Shown piece by piece: positions 32,435 through 43,824 of a DNA stretch of 64,000 nucleotides. A program made the position numbers and the translations under genes. Below the pieces are notes generated by a model that had not been told where the DNA came from, searched no databases, and saw only the letters and a program-made list of their open reading frames with translations. The DNA is from Dehalococcoidia bacterium. GTDB lineage: Bacteria > Chloroflexota > Dehalococcoidia > Bin125. Every line of letters begins with the position of its first letter. Position 1 is the first letter of the stretch. The stretch lies in assembly GCA_965203995.1 (NCBI GenBank), contig OZ241962.1:1092782-1156781 (forward strand). Reading direction: 5' to 3'.

Positions 32435-33081
32435 CGCTTGCCGCCTCGCCGCTTGGTCTGCCGAATGCGGACCAGACCGTTCGTCGCGCCCGGCACCGAT
32501 CCCTTGACGAAGACCAAGTGCCGATCCGCGTTGATGTTTACCACTTCCAGGTTCATCGACGTCGTCGTCTTGCCGCCCATCCGACCGGCCATTCTTGTGC
32601 CCTTGAGCACGCGGCCTGGGGTCGTTCCCGCGCCCACCGAGCCCGGAGCACGATGCCGATCGCTCTGGCCGTGCGTCCGCGGACCGCCGCGGAAGCCGTG
32701 CCGCTTGACCACACCGGCAAAGCCCTTGCCCTTCGACACGCCCTGGATGTCCACCCGGTCACCGACCGAGAACACTTCGCTCGCGTTGACGACCGTGCCG
32801 ACTTCCACCTCCGACAGCTCGTCGCTGCCGGCCTTGAACACTGTCAGGTGCTTCAGCGGGCCGTTGGCCTTGGTGTGGCCGAGCTCGGCGCCGTTGATCC
32901 TCCAGGGCGGCGCCTCACCGAAGCCGATCTGCACGCCGGAGAACCCGTCGCGCGAATCCGTCATGATCTGCGTGACTGGACAGGGCCCAACCTCGAGCAC
33001 CGTGCAGCCTACGACCGCACCGTCCTCGCCGATGACCTGGACCATGCCCAACTTCTTACCGAGGAGTCCGGGTATCGCCAT
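32431..33081 (-). CDS. rplC: 50S ribosomal protein L3
   Basis: GLLGKKLGMVQVIGEDG ... FKAGS. Confidence 0.95.
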   Translation of the reverse strand: MAIPGLLGKKLGMVQVIGEDGAVVGCTVLEVGPCPVTQIMTDSRDGFSGVQIGFGEAPPWRINGAELGHTKANGPLKHLTVFKAGSDELSEVEVGTVVNASEVFSVGDRVDIQGVSKGKGFAGVVKRHGFRGGPRTHGQSDRHRAPGSVGAGTTPGRVLKGTRMAGRMGGKTTTSMNLEVVNINADRHLVFVKGSVPGATNGLVRIRQTKRRGGKR

Positions 33082-33083
33082 GG

Positions 33084-33392
33084 TTAGAGCTTGATCTCAA
33101 CGTCGACGCCCGATGACAGCTGCAGCCGCATCAGGGAATCGACGGTTCGGCCGGTGGGTTCAATGATGTCGATCAATCGCTTGTGCGTGCGAATCTCGAA
33201 CTGCTCGCGCCCGTCTTTGTGGACGAACGGTGATCGAATCACCGTGTACTTGCGAATCTCGGTCGGCAGCGGAATCGGTCCGGCCACGCCAGCGCCCGTC
33301 TTCTCGGCCGTGTCCAGAATGTGGGCCGCCGACTCATCCAGCACACGATGATCGTATGCCTTGAGCCGGATGCGAATCCTCTGCCGAGCCAT
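33084..33392 (-). CDS. rpsJ: 30S ribosomal protein S10
   Basis: [40 protein letters not shown]. Confidence 0.95.
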   Translation of the reverse strand: MARQRIRIRLKAYDHRVLDESAAHILDTAEKTGAGVAGPIPLPTEIRKYTVIRSPFVHKDGREQFEIRTHKRLIDIIEPTGRTVDSLMRLQLSSGVDVEIKL

Positions 33393-33431
33393 AATGTCGT
33401 CTCTCTGCCCTGGGCCTCTGGCGGTTTGCCG

Positions 33432-34634
<1,203 letters not shown>

Positions 34635-34698
34635 CTTGCTGTCTCCTACCTGTCGTCTTGCTGGTTGACGGTCGTGGTTTCGCGCACCGGCAGGCGCC

Positions 34699-36753
34699 TC
34701 AGCGGGCCTCCGCCAGGACGCTCTGCGGCACTTCCTCGTAATGGTCGAACTCGATGCTCGCTGTAGCGCGGCCCTGCGTCATCGAACGCAGCGCCGTCGT
34801 GTATCCGAACAGGTTGGCGAGCGGCATCTGCGCCTGGATAATCTGCACCGTGCCGCGTTCCTCGGTGCCGTGTACCGAGCCCCGACGGCTGGACAGGTCG
34901 CCCGCCACCTCGCCGAAATACTCGCGCGGCGTTGAGATTTCCACGCGCATCATCGGCTCGAGCTGCACCGGCGCCGCCTTGCGCAGCGCCTCGCGGAACC
35001 CGATCGACGCGGCCGTTGCAAACGCCATCTCACTCGAATCGACTTGGTGATACGAACCGTCCGTCAGCGCCACCTTGACATCCACCACAGGGAAGCCGCC
35101 GACCACGCCCGAACGCATAGCGTCCTCGACCCCTTTGCGTACCGAGCTGATGTACTGATGAGGCACAGCGCCCCCCACGGTCTCGTCCTCGAACTCGAAG
35201 CCCTTGCCCGGTTCGTTCGGCTCCACCCGCAGCACGACGTGTCCGAACTGTCCGCGACCGCCGGTCTGTCGCACGAAGCGGCCTTCCGACTCCGACGTGC
35301 GTCGGATCGTTTCGCGGTACGACACCTGCGGGCGGCCGACGTTGCACATCACCTTGAACTCGCGCCGCAACCGGTCCGCGATCACTTCAAGGTGCAACTC
35401 GCCCATTCCCGAAATTACGGTCTGAGCGGTCTCGTCGTTGTACTCCACCCGGAAGGTCGGGTCCTCTTCGGCGAGCTTGCGCAAGGACGCACCCAGCCGG
35501 TCCTGATCATCGGCGCTCTTGGCTTCGATCGCAATCGAGACGACCGGCTCCGGGAACGAGATCTGGTCCAGCAGGATCGGCGCCTTGCGGTCGCACAGCG
35601 TGTCCCCGGTAAAGGTTTCCTTGGGTCCCACGAACGCCGCGATGTCGCCAGCCGAGACGTGGTCAATGTCCTCGCGTGAATCCGCATGCACGCGCAACAA
35701 GCGGCCCACGCGCTCATTCTCGTCGCGCGAGGAATTGTAGATCGCCTCGCCGGCCTTGAGTGTGCCTGAGTAGATCCGCACATAGGCGATGCGGCCTACA
35801 TATGGATCGGTGACGATCTTGAACGCCAGCGCTGCCAGCGGCTCCGACAGGTCGGCCAACCGCGACTCCGCCCCGTTCCGTCCCACGCCCTCCACCGGCG
35901 GCACCTCGTCGGGCGCCGGCAGATAGTCCACAATCGCGTCCAGCAACCGCTGCACGCCCACGTTCTTCAGCGCCGAGCCGCACAGGACTGGCGTAAAGGC
36001 GTTTGTGATCGTGCCCCGCCGCACCGCCTTGACAATCTCGTCCACCGACAATTCGTGACCCTCGATGTACGAGATCATCACCTGCTCGTCGAAATCGGCA
36101 ATCCGCTCGATCATCGTCTCCCGCCAACGCCCGGCGTCGGCGACGTAGTCCTCGGGAATATCGCCCTCGGTCGGCGGTGCGTCGCGGTCTGGACTGAAGA
36201 ACCAGGCCCGTTGTCGAATCAAATCGATCACGCCCTGGAAATTGTCCTCGGAACCGATCGGAATCTGCACCGGTACCGGGGTCATGCCCAGTCGTTCACG
36301 GATCATCTCCATCGTCCGCCAGTAGTCGGCTCCGATTCGGTCCATCTTGTTGACAAAGCAAATGCGCGGCACCTCGTACTTGTCCGCTTGCCGCCAAACC
36401 GTCTCCGACTGGGGTTCGACGCCGGCTACAGCGTCGAACACGACCACGCCGCCGTCCAACACCCGCAACGAGCGCTCGACTTCGACCGTGAAGTCGACAT
36501 GTCCCGGCGTGTCGATGATGTTGATTGTGTGGTCAGCCCACTCGCAGGTCGTCGCGGCAGCCATAATCGTGATGCCGCGCTCCCGCTCCTGGTCCATAAA
36601 GTCCATCACAGCGGTGCCTTCGTGCACCTCACCGATCTTGTACGTGATCCCCGTGTAGTAGAGGATCCGCTCGGTCACGGTGGTCTTACCCGCGTCGATA
36701 TGGGCAATCACGCCGATGTTGCGCAATGAAGAGATTGGCAGGTCAGCAGGCAT
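34699..36753 (-). CDS. fusA: Elongation factor G
   Basis: [25 protein letters not shown]. 684 aa. Confidence 0.97.
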   Translation of the reverse strand: MPADLPISSLRNIGVIAHIDAGKTTVTERILYYTGITYKIGEVHEGTAVMDFMDQERERGITIMAAATTCEWADHTINIIDTPGHVDFTVEVERSLRVLDGGVVVFDAVAGVEPQSETVWRQADKYEVPRICFVNKMDRIGADYWRTMEMIRERLGMTPVPVQIPIGSEDNFQGVIDLIRQRAWFFSPDRDAPPTEGDIPEDYVADAGRWRETMIERIADFDEQVMISYIEGHELSVDEIVKAVRRGTITNAFTPVLCGSALKNVGVQRLLDAIVDYLPAPDEVPPVEGVGRNGAESRLADLSEPLAALAFKIVTDPYVGRIAYVRIYSGTLKAGEAIYNSSRDENERVGRLLRVHADSREDIDHVSAGDIAAFVGPKETFTGDTLCDRKAPILLDQISFPEPVVSIAIEAKSADDQDRLGASLRKLAEEDPTFRVEYNDETAQTVISGMGELHLEVIADRLRREFKVMCNVGRPQVSYRETIRRTSESEGRFVRQTGGRGQFGHVVLRVEPNEPGKGFEFEDETVGGAVPHQYISSVRKGVEDAMRSGVVGGFPVVDVKVALTDGSYHQVDSSEMAFATAASIGFREALRKAAPVQLEPMMRVEISTPREYFGEVAGDLSSRRGSVHGTEERGTVQIIQAQMPLANLFGYTTALRSMTQGRATASIEFDHYEEVPQSVLAEAR

Positions 36754-36887
36754 GTCCGTAGCTTCCTCTGCTCAGCTCTCTGATCGATCTTCAACTGGCG
36801 CCGTTTCGCAGGCTGCAACCTGTCGCGGAATCGTCGTGACCTGATTCTCGCCGGCGTGTCTCTGTTTCGCTCCCGCAGCGCCGCGCC

Positions 36888-37358
36888 TTACCAGCGGTAG
36901 TGCGCGAATGCGCGGTTGGCTTCCGCCATACGGTGCGTTTCCTCCCGCCGCCGCACGGCGGCGCCGGTGTTGCTGTATGCGTCGAGCAGCTCATCCGCCA
37001 GCGATAGGTGCGCCGGTCGGCCCTTGCGCGACTGCGCCGAGGTCACCAACCAACGGATCCCCAGCGAGGTCCGGCGGTCGTGCCGAATCTCCACCGGGAC
37101 CTGGTAAGTCGCCCCGCCCACGCGCCGGGGACGCACTTCCATCTCCGGCGTGATATTGTTCAGCGCCTGGTCGAACACCTCCAGCGGATCCTGCCGTACA
37201 CGCTCTTCGAGGATGTCGAGCGCCTTGTACACGATTCGTTCCGCGGTGCCCTTCTTGCCGTTGCGCATCAGCCGATTGATCACCATCTGCACCCGCTGCG
37301 ATCCATAGACCGCATCCGGGCGAATCTCGTGTCGGTCGGGCCGTCGTCGTCGCGGCAC
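36888..37358 (-). CDS. rpsG: 30S ribosomal protein S7
   Basis: MPRRRRPDRHEIRPDAVYGSQRVQMVINRLMRNGKKGTAERIVY. Confidence 0.95.
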   Translation of the reverse strand: MPRRRRPDRHEIRPDAVYGSQRVQMVINRLMRNGKKGTAERIVYKALDILEERVRQDPLEVFDQALNNITPEMEVRPRRVGGATYQVPVEIRHDRRTSLGIRWLVTSAQSRKGRPAHLSLADELLDAYSNTGAAVRRREETHRMAEANRAFAHYRW

Positions 37359-37433
37359 GCTGCGTCATCCATCTCTAACGCGAGTCGGTCGGACCCATGC
37401 CCGAACCGCCCGCAACACTAAAGCGACCACCCG

Positions 37434-37871
37434 TCAGTGGGTGGCCGCGGTCGTCAATCCTGCCGTCTTGCGAGTTCCGTACTTGGAACGCCCTCGCTTC
37501 CGCTCGGCGACGCCAAGCGCATCGAGCGCTCCGCGTACCACCTGATAGCGAACGCCGGGCAAGTCACGAACGCGACCGCCGCGCACCAGCACGATTGAGT
37601 GCTCCTGCAAGGTGTGACCCTCGCCGGGGATGTAAGCCGTGACTTCGATCCCATTGGTCAGCCGCACACGGCAGACCTTGCGCAAGGCGGAGTTCGGCTT
37701 CTTGGGCGTCACCGTGCGCACGGCCGTGCAGACTCCGCGCTTCTGCGGCGAACCTGAGTCCTGCGACGTCCGGCTGGTCAACGCGTTGTAGCGGAACCGC
37801 AAGGCCGGCGCCTTCGCCTTCTTGCGGGTCTTCTTGCGTCCCTTGCGGGCCAACTGATTGATGGTCGGCAC
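37434..37871 (-). CDS. rpsL: 30S ribosomal protein S12 (with ~13-aa insertion and C-terminal extension)
   Basis: [18 protein letters not shown] ... [19 protein letters not shown]. Insertion [15 protein letters not shown] precedes GSPQKRGVC. Confidence 0.93.
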   Translation of the reverse strand: MPTINQLARKGRKKTRKKAKAPALRFRYNALTSRTSQDSGSPQKRGVCTAVRTVTPKKPNSALRKVCRVRLTNGIEVTAYIPGEGHTLQEHSIVLVRGGRVRDLPGVRYQVVRGALDALGVAERKRGRSKYGTRKTAGLTTAATH

Positions 37872-38053
37872 GGTCGCTGCTCGATTTCCGCCTCGTAGTC
37901 CTCCAGGCCGGCGCGCTCACGCGGGCTCTGGCACGAATACAGGGTCAAAGCCGCTGGTTGATCGAACCGGCGCTGGCCGGTGGTCATCAACCGCTGGTCG
38001 GCCTCGACCCTTCCCCGCGCCCGACCGCCTCTGCGACAGGCGCGTGAAACGCC

Positions 38054-38082
38054 ACGATAACCCATTCCTGACCCGACCTGCA
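38054..38082 (-). promoter_or_regulatory. Candidate sigma70-type promoter of the str operon (TTGCAG-17-TTATCGTG)
   Basis: AT-richer hexamers in the 273-bp ccsA/rpsL intergenic region. Same motif architecture as the candidate rplI promoter. Confidence 0.3.
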
Positions 38083-38144
38083 AGATGCCTGACCGAGCCC
38101 CCCCGACACTTCCGCTGCTGTGTGTTGCCAAGCTTTCAGACCAC

Positions 38145-39065
38145 TCAGACGCCTGCATACGAGTGCAACCCCGTGATCCACAGATTCACGCCCAAATAGG
38201 TGAACATCACAGCGAAGAAGCCCAGTACCACGATCCATGCCTTGCGCGACCCGCGAAACAGCCGCAGCCAGCGACCATGGATGTAGACCGCAAAGATCAA
38301 CCAGGTCACCAGCGCCGCCGTCTCCTTCGGATCCCAGCCCCAGTAGCGACCCCAAGCGTCGTTCGCCCAGAACGCTCCCAGGGCAATCCCCGCCCCGAGC
38401 AAGGGAAATCCCACCAGCACGGCGCGATAGGTCAGCTCGTCGCATCGTTCCTCGGATGGCAACCAGGCATAGCGTCCGCCACGTTCCGCCCCCGCGTCCG
38501 GAAACCCTTGCAGCAGATGCATGGCCGCCCCGCCGAATGCCACTGCCAGCACCGCGTACGAGAGGATCATCAACGCCACGTGAATCGTCAGCAGAGTCGG
38601 ACTTTGCAGGGCCGGCACCAGGATCTCCTGCCCCTCGCTGGGAAACGCCAGCGCCGACCCGTACAGCCCGCAGGCGACCGGCAACACGAACGCCCCCGGC
38701 AACCTCGTCCCCGACCTCAGCTCGAAGATGCCGTAGAGCAGTACGATCGCAATGCCGAACGCCATGGAGAACTCAAACAGGTTGCTGTACGGCGCGTGAT
38801 TCAGCGCCACCGTGCGCATCACCAGACCGACAATCCCCAGTACCGCCGCCGTCCACACGCTCAGCGTCGCTACTCCGCCCAGTGTCGGCGAACGCAGCGG
38901 CGCCGGTTCCGCAGTGCCGAACGAGGATGGTTCCGTGGCAAGCACCCGCCGCGGCGCCCAGCCCAGCCGCAGCTTCGGTTGCACGGCGTACACCACGTAG
39001 GTCAGCGCCGCGCAGCCGGCCGCGACGAAACTCGCCCAGAGCATGAACAGGGCGCCGTCAGCCAT
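38145..39065 (-). CDS. ccsA: Cytochrome c-type biogenesis protein CcsA/ResC (system II heme handling)
   Basis: WWD-domain signature WGRYWGWDPKETAALVTWLIFAVYIHGR. Multi-TM. 306 aa. Confidence 0.85.
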   Translation of the reverse strand: MADGALFMLWASFVAAGCAALTYVVYAVQPKLRLGWAPRRVLATEPSSFGTAEPAPLRSPTLGGVATLSVWTAAVLGIVGLVMRTVALNHAPYSNLFEFSMAFGIAIVLLYGIFELRSGTRLPGAFVLPVACGLYGSALAFPSEGQEILVPALQSPTLLTIHVALMILSYAVLAVAFGGAAMHLLQGFPDAGAERGGRYAWLPSEERCDELTYRAVLVGFPLLGAGIALGAFWANDAWGRYWGWDPKETAALVTWLIFAVYIHGRWLRLFRGSRKAWIVVLGFFAVMFTYLGVNLWITGLHSYAGV

Positions 39066-39861
39066 CGCGATCCCGCTCCGATTCCTCGGCCTTCGCCTCA
39101 GCGCGCAGCGCGTCTGCTCGGCGTGGCGGCTGCGACCCGCCGAAGGTCAGACGGCGGAACCCCTCGGCCCAAGGCACCCGCCCTGCCCGTGCCGCCTGCT
39201 CCGATCGACGCTGCATCCGCTTCGCCATCTCGTCGCGATTTGCCGCCTGCACCTGAGAGGCATGGCGCAGCAGCGCGTCGATCCTGCGGTCCTGCTGGTC
39301 CGAGACATCGACAAAGAAGTTCGCTTCATTGCTGCCTGCGAGCAGCACCGTGTTCACCCGTACGGGTTCAACGCCGCTCGCCACCTGCTCCGCATACGAG
39401 TTCGCGTTGCGCGACAGCGGGAACACCGCATCCAGCGCCGCAATCCCTACCGTTCGGTGATCGCGATGGTTGAACCCTCGATACCCGTCCCACGTGATCA
39501 TGAGCTCGGGCCGTACTTCACGCAGCACACGGACCATTTGTCCACGAAACTCCGAGCCGTCCTCAACGTGTCCGTCCGGTACGCGCAGAAAGATGCAGCG
39601 CTTGATCCCCAGCTCCCTCGCCGCCGCCTCCTGCTCGGCCTCGCGCAGCGCCCCCAAGTCGGCCGGACCGAGCTTGGGATCCTTCGTCCCCTTGTCACCA
39701 CTCGTGACCAGGCAGAAGGTCACATCCCAACCCTCGTCCGAGAGCTGCGCAACCGTGCCGCCGCAGGTGAACTCGATATCGTCCGGGTGCGCCATCACGA
39801 CCAGCGCCCGCCGTGTTTCCGCAGCCGTCTCGGCGTCTGGCATCTCGACTCCTCGACCCAA
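39058..39861 (-). CDS. PIG-L/LmbE-family N-acetylglucosaminyl deacetylase (MshB/BshB-like)
   Basis: AHPDDIEFTCGG (HPDDE-type) and downstream H-x-D-H (FNHRDHRTVG) zinc-ligand motifs. 267 aa. 8-nt overlap with ccsA. Confidence 0.75.
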   Translation of the reverse strand: MGRGVEMPDAETAAETRRALVVMAHPDDIEFTCGGTVAQLSDEGWDVTFCLVTSGDKGTKDPKLGPADLGALREAEQEAAARELGIKRCIFLRVPDGHVEDGSEFRGQMVRVLREVRPELMITWDGYRGFNHRDHRTVGIAALDAVFPLSRNANSYAEQVASGVEPVRVNTVLLAGSNEANFFVDVSDQQDRRIDALLRHASQVQAANRDEMAKRMQRRSEQAARAGRVPWAEGFRRLTFGGSQPPRRADALRAEAKAEESERDRDG

Positions 39862-39873
39862 ACTGCAGCGAAA

Positions 39874-41175
39874 TCAGCTCGCCGCCACCAGCAGCGATTC
39901 TGCCGGATCCGGACAGCACGACTCCCGCTGCCAATCCGACATCGCCCGTTCGCGCAGCAGAGCCTCGTAAACATCCAGAATACTGGCGGCCACGCATTGC
40001 CAGGAGTACACGGACATCGCGTTTGCTGCAGCCCCGCCCATCCGGACTCTCAACGGCTCATCCGAGAGCAATCGCCCGATGGCCGAAGCAAACTGCTCGG
40101 GCCTTCGCTGCGACACCAGCATCCCCGTCCTCCCATGCGCGATCGTGCTCGCCAGGCCGCCTACACGGGTCGCCACCGCCGGCGTTCCCGAAGCCATCGC
40201 TTCGACCGCGACCAATCCAAACGACTCATATGCGGACGGCACCGCACAGACGCTTGCCGCCCGGTACAGGTCCGGCAACTGCTCACGTCCGACCGCATTG
40301 ACGAAGCGCACTCGGCCGCCGACGCCGCCGTCCTCGGCGAGCTGTCGCAAGCGCGATCGCTCCGCTTCGTCCCGTTCGTCACCGCCCACGATCCACAGCG
40401 TGGCGTCGGGCCGCGCCTCAATCATCGGCAGCGCCTGGACCAGCAGGTCGACTCCCTTGGCCGGCTCCAACCGTCCCACGAACAGGATTCCGGGACCATC
40501 GAAAACACCCAGCTCCGGCAACGCCTCGGCCACGCGTCGCCGCGCCGCCTTCAGCCCGTTCGGGTGGAACTTCTCCAGGTCCAAACCGCAAGGGACGACC
40601 TGTACTCGCGACGCTTCCGCGCCATACTGGCCGATCAGGAATGCTCGTTCATGCGAAGTCGCGCCAATCACCACGTCGGCACAGTTCACCACACGGCGTT
40701 CGCCCGCGATCCGATACTGCGGCTCCGGTTGCTGGAACATCTGCTTAACCGCGCCCAGCGTGTGGAACATCGCGGCGTGCGGAATCTGCCATCGCCGGGC
40801 CAACTCAATGCCGCTCAGGCCGGATACCCAATAGTGAGAATGCACCAAGTCGTAACCGCCGCCGCGTTGCGTGACTTCGGCAACGCCGTCGGTGAACTCC
40901 GAGACATGCCCGGCTACCTCCATCGGCGTCAACGGCGCCGTCGGTCCCGCCGCGACGTGGAACAGGCGCACGCCCGGCGCGAGCTCCTCAACGAGCGGCG
41001 CGTCCACCCGATCGCGCCGGGTGAACACATCAACCTCCCAGCCAAGCCGTCCCAACTGGCGGGACAGCTCAGCGACATACACGTTCATTCCGCCGGCCTT
41101 GGTTGTACCCGCCCGGGCCAACGGAGATGTATGCGTCGAAATCACGGCCAGACGCCGCTGCGGCCGCAACATCAC
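39874..41175 (-). CDS. GT4-family retaining glycosyltransferase, MshA/BshA-like
   Basis: N-terminus ISTHTSPLARAGTTKAGGMNVYVAELSRQLG resembles MshA-type N-domains. C-terminal GT4 E-x7-E region (ESFGLVAVEAMASGTPAV). 433 aa. Confidence 0.8.
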   Translation of the reverse strand: MMLRPQRRLAVISTHTSPLARAGTTKAGGMNVYVAELSRQLGRLGWEVDVFTRRDRVDAPLVEELAPGVRLFHVAAGPTAPLTPMEVAGHVSEFTDGVAEVTQRGGGYDLVHSHYWVSGLSGIELARRWQIPHAAMFHTLGAVKQMFQQPEPQYRIAGERRVVNCADVVIGATSHERAFLIGQYGAEASRVQVVPCGLDLEKFHPNGLKAARRRVAEALPELGVFDGPGILFVGRLEPAKGVDLLVQALPMIEARPDATLWIVGGDERDEAERSRLRQLAEDGGVGGRVRFVNAVGREQLPDLYRAASVCAVPSAYESFGLVAVEAMASGTPAVATRVGGLASTIAHGRTGMLVSQRRPEQFASAIGRLLSDEPLRVRMGGAAANAMSVYSWQCVAASILDVYEALLRERAMSDWQRESCCPDPAESLLVAAS

Positions 41176-42162
41176 TCGCCCTCCCGAGTGAGTCGCATCC
41201 GGCGCACCACAGCGTCGCGGCCGCCCAGTTCATACTTGTATGGCTCGTCACCGCGCAGGAAGTTCACGCTCGACATCCCCCGCTCAACCGCATCTCGAAT
41301 GCACAGCACTTTCGATCCCAGCCCGGCCGACAGCTCCCGGAACTTAGGATCGTAGCCACTGTTGTACAGCAGCAGCTGATTTCGAGCCACGAAGCACAAC
41401 ACCATCGCCGCCGCCTCGCCCGAAATCGACATCACATATAGCCGCAGCAAACCGGCCTCGGACAGCGATCCTGTCAGGCGCTTGAAAAATGCGCGCATCT
41501 CGTCGGTCAGGAAGACCGCCTTGTCGCCTCGCGAGTCGGCCATCATCGCTATGAACTCCGGCATCCGCCCGGCGACCTCGTCGGGCGTCTCCGCCGCTTC
41601 GAACGCGACAGCGCCGCGCAACTGCCGCAACGGTCGCAGCTTGCGCCGCACCTCACGACGATCACGCGATCGCAGATTCGCCACGTAATCGTCCCATCCG
41701 TGCCCGATCTCGACGGTGGGACAGACCGCCTCGTCCGAGACATCCAGCCGCCAGCCACGTCCGATCGCGACCGCAAAGGCGTCCACCCAGGCCGATCCGG
41801 GCTCGAGACCTCGGAACTCCGCTGTCAGCGCGCCCGCATCCTCCAGACGATCCAAGACCGCCTCCGCCAGCGCGGGTTCTTGTCCCCGCATCGCCGTCGG
41901 ACCCAGGTAATCTGAGACTTCATGATCGCCGGCAAATGACCAGTGCGTACCGCAGCGCTTGAGCGGCGCCAGTCCGACCAGTTCTCCGGAACCGTTCTCG
42001 AGGCCCAGCAACTCGACCTCGGCCGTGCTCGACTCACCAAACACCGACCACCAGGCTTGTCCAAACTCCGGCGTCGAGAACGGCATCGCCTCGGCCGAGC
42101 GGCTCAATGCGCTCCAGCGCTCGCTCAGTTCGGCGAACCCCCCGCGTACGACCGTCAGACTC
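41172..42162 (-). CDS. CelD/BioF2-like GNAT-fold acyltransferase (Acetyltransf_6/FemAB-like superfamily)
   Basis: FSTPEFGQAWWSVFG...LYNSGYDPKFRELSAGLGSKVLCIRDAVERGMSSVNFLRGDEPYKYELGG matches the CelD-like GNAT architecture. The track ORF (to 42503) overlaps folE. GTG at 42160-42162 overlaps the folE stop (GTGA). Confidence 0.65.
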
Positions 42163-42736
42163 ACAGCCGCTGCGTCCCAACCAGCGAGAGGAACTCCGCC
42201 CGCGTCTCCTGCTGCTCTCGGAAACTGCCCCGCATGGCCGATGTCAGCATGCGCGAGCCCGGTTTCTTGATCCCGCGCATTTGCATGCACAGATGCTCTG
42301 CTTCGACAGCCACGCCGGCACCCTGCGGTTGCAGCGTCTCCATCAGCATGTCCGCAACCTGGGCCGTCAATCGCTCCTGCAACTGCGGCCGCCGCGCGAT
42401 CGCGTCGACGAGTCGGGCCAGCTTCGACAGGCCGACCACCCGGCCGTTCGGCACGTAACCCACGTGCGCCACTCCGTGAAACGGCATCAAGTGATGCTCG
42501 CACATTGAGAAAAACGGCACATCTCTGAGGATCACCATCTCGTCGTGACCTTCTTCGAACCCCACCGACAGCAACCTGGGAATGTCCACGTCGCGGCCGC
42601 CCAGCGTCTCCTCAAAGGCCGCCACCACCCGCCGCGGCGTTTCCAGCAAACCCTCGCGCGCCGGATCCTCGCCGAGCGCCAGCAACAACTCGCGCACCGC
42701 CGCCTCGGCCCGCTCCCGATCCACCAGGCTGCTCAT
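42161..42736 (-). CDS. folE: GTP cyclohydrolase I
   Basis: [12 protein letters not shown]...[34 protein letters not shown]. 191 aa. Confidence 0.93.
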   Translation of the reverse strand: MSSLVDRERAEAAVRELLLALGEDPAREGLLETPRRVVAAFEETLGGRDVDIPRLLSVGFEEGHDEMVILRDVPFFSMCEHHLMPFHGVAHVGYVPNGRVVGLSKLARLVDAIARRPQLQERLTAQVADMLMETLQPQGAGVAVEAEHLCMQMRGIKKPGSRMLTSAMRGSFREQQETRAEFLSLVGTQRL

Positions 42737-43824
42737 GCGAGCCCCTCCCTGATCACCGCCTCCGCCTCTTCGTACTCGGGTCCGATCTCCACCACATCGG
42801 CCTGAATCGACTCAATTGCTCGTTCCGGATCCTTCAAGCCGTGCCCGGTGATGGTGCAGACCACGCGCCAGCCGGCCAACGACCCGTCGCCGTGCCGCGA
42901 GAGCAGTCCGGCTACCGAGGCCGCCGAGGCCGGCTCACAGAACACGCCTTCCTCGCCGGCCAACGTGCGATAGGCATGCAGAATCTCGTCATCGCCGACG
43001 GCGATGATTGCTCCCCGCGACTCATCGCGCGCCGCCACGGCGCCATCCCATGACGCCGGCGATCCAATCCGGATCGCGGTCGCAATCGTCTCCGGCTGTT
43101 CGACCGGCCGGCCCAGCACCAGTGGTGCTGCGCCCGCTGCTTGCACGCCCAGCATCCGCGGATGCCTCGACGATCGTTCGGCCTGGAAGTACTCCCGATA
43201 TCCACGCCAGTACGCCGTGATGTTGCCCGCGTTGCCCACCGGGATGCAGTGCAGATCCGGTGCGTCGCCGAGTTCATCGACGATCTCCATCGCGGCCGTC
43301 TTCTGACCGTCGATCCGGTACGGATTCACCGAATTGACCAACGCCACCGGCAGGTGTTCGGTCAGTCTCTGGGCCGAACGCAGCGCATCGTCGAAGTTGC
43401 CGTCGACAGCCAGGATCTTCGCCCCGTGTGCTGCCGCTTGGGCCAGCTTGCCCTTGGCGATCCGCCCTTCCGGAACCAGCACGAACGCTCGTAATCCGCA
43501 GCGGGCCGCGTACGCCGCCGCCGACGCGCTCGTGTTTCCCGTTGACGCACAGAGCACCGCCGTCGCCCCCTGTTCGATCGCCTTCGCCACCGCCACCGCC
43601 ATGCCTCGATCCTTGAACGACCCGGTCGGGTTGCACATTTCCAGTTTCAGCCAGACCTCGTCCGCTCCGGTCGCCCGTTCCAGGCTCCTCGCTCGCACCA
43701 GGGGCGTGCTGCCTTCGCCCAGCGACACGCGGGGCGTCGATGCATCGATCGGCAGCCAATCGGCGTAGCGCTCCAGCACGCCGCCGCTGGCCCACGGCTC
43801 CGACCTGACCGCGCTGCTAGTCAT
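42733..43824 (-). CDS. thrC: Threonine synthase
   Basis: PLP-binding [21 protein letters not shown]. 363 aa. Confidence 0.9.
   Translation of the reverse strand: MTSSAVRSEPWASGGVLERYADWLPIDASTPRVSLGEGSTPLVRARSLERATGADEVWLKLEMCNPTGSFKDRGMAVAVAKAIEQGATAVLCASTGNTSASAAAYAARCGLRAFVLVPEGRIAKGKLAQAAAHGAKILAVDGNFDDALRSAQRLTEHLPVALVNSVNPYRIDGQKTAAMEIVDELGDAPDLHCIPVGNAGNITAYWRGYREYFQAERSSRHPRMLGVQAAGAAPLVLGRPVEQPETIATAIRIGSPASWDGAVAARDESRGAIIAVGDDEILHAYRTLAGEEGVFCEPASAASVAGLLSRHGDGSLAGWRVVCTITGHGLKDPERAIESIQADVVEIGPEYEEAEAVIREGLA

Noticed and set aside
39874-41175. Calling the GT4 definitively MshA (mycothiol) or BshA (bacillithiol)
   Set aside because: N-terminal similarity to MshA is visible but the acceptor specificity cannot be read from sequence. 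No mshC/bshC-like gene is in the window. The call is kept at family level.
39043-41355. 770-aa plus-strand ORF and 38085..39473 462-aa ORF
   Set aside because: Antisense to the GT4/LmbE/ccsA genes, which carry clear family motifs. These are GC-frame artefacts.
41172-42503. Full 443-aa extent of the CelD-like ORF
   Set aside because: The upstream 340 nt overlap folE in the same orientation. The N-terminal translation is low-complexity. A GTG overlapping the folE stop gives a coupled ~330-aa protein.
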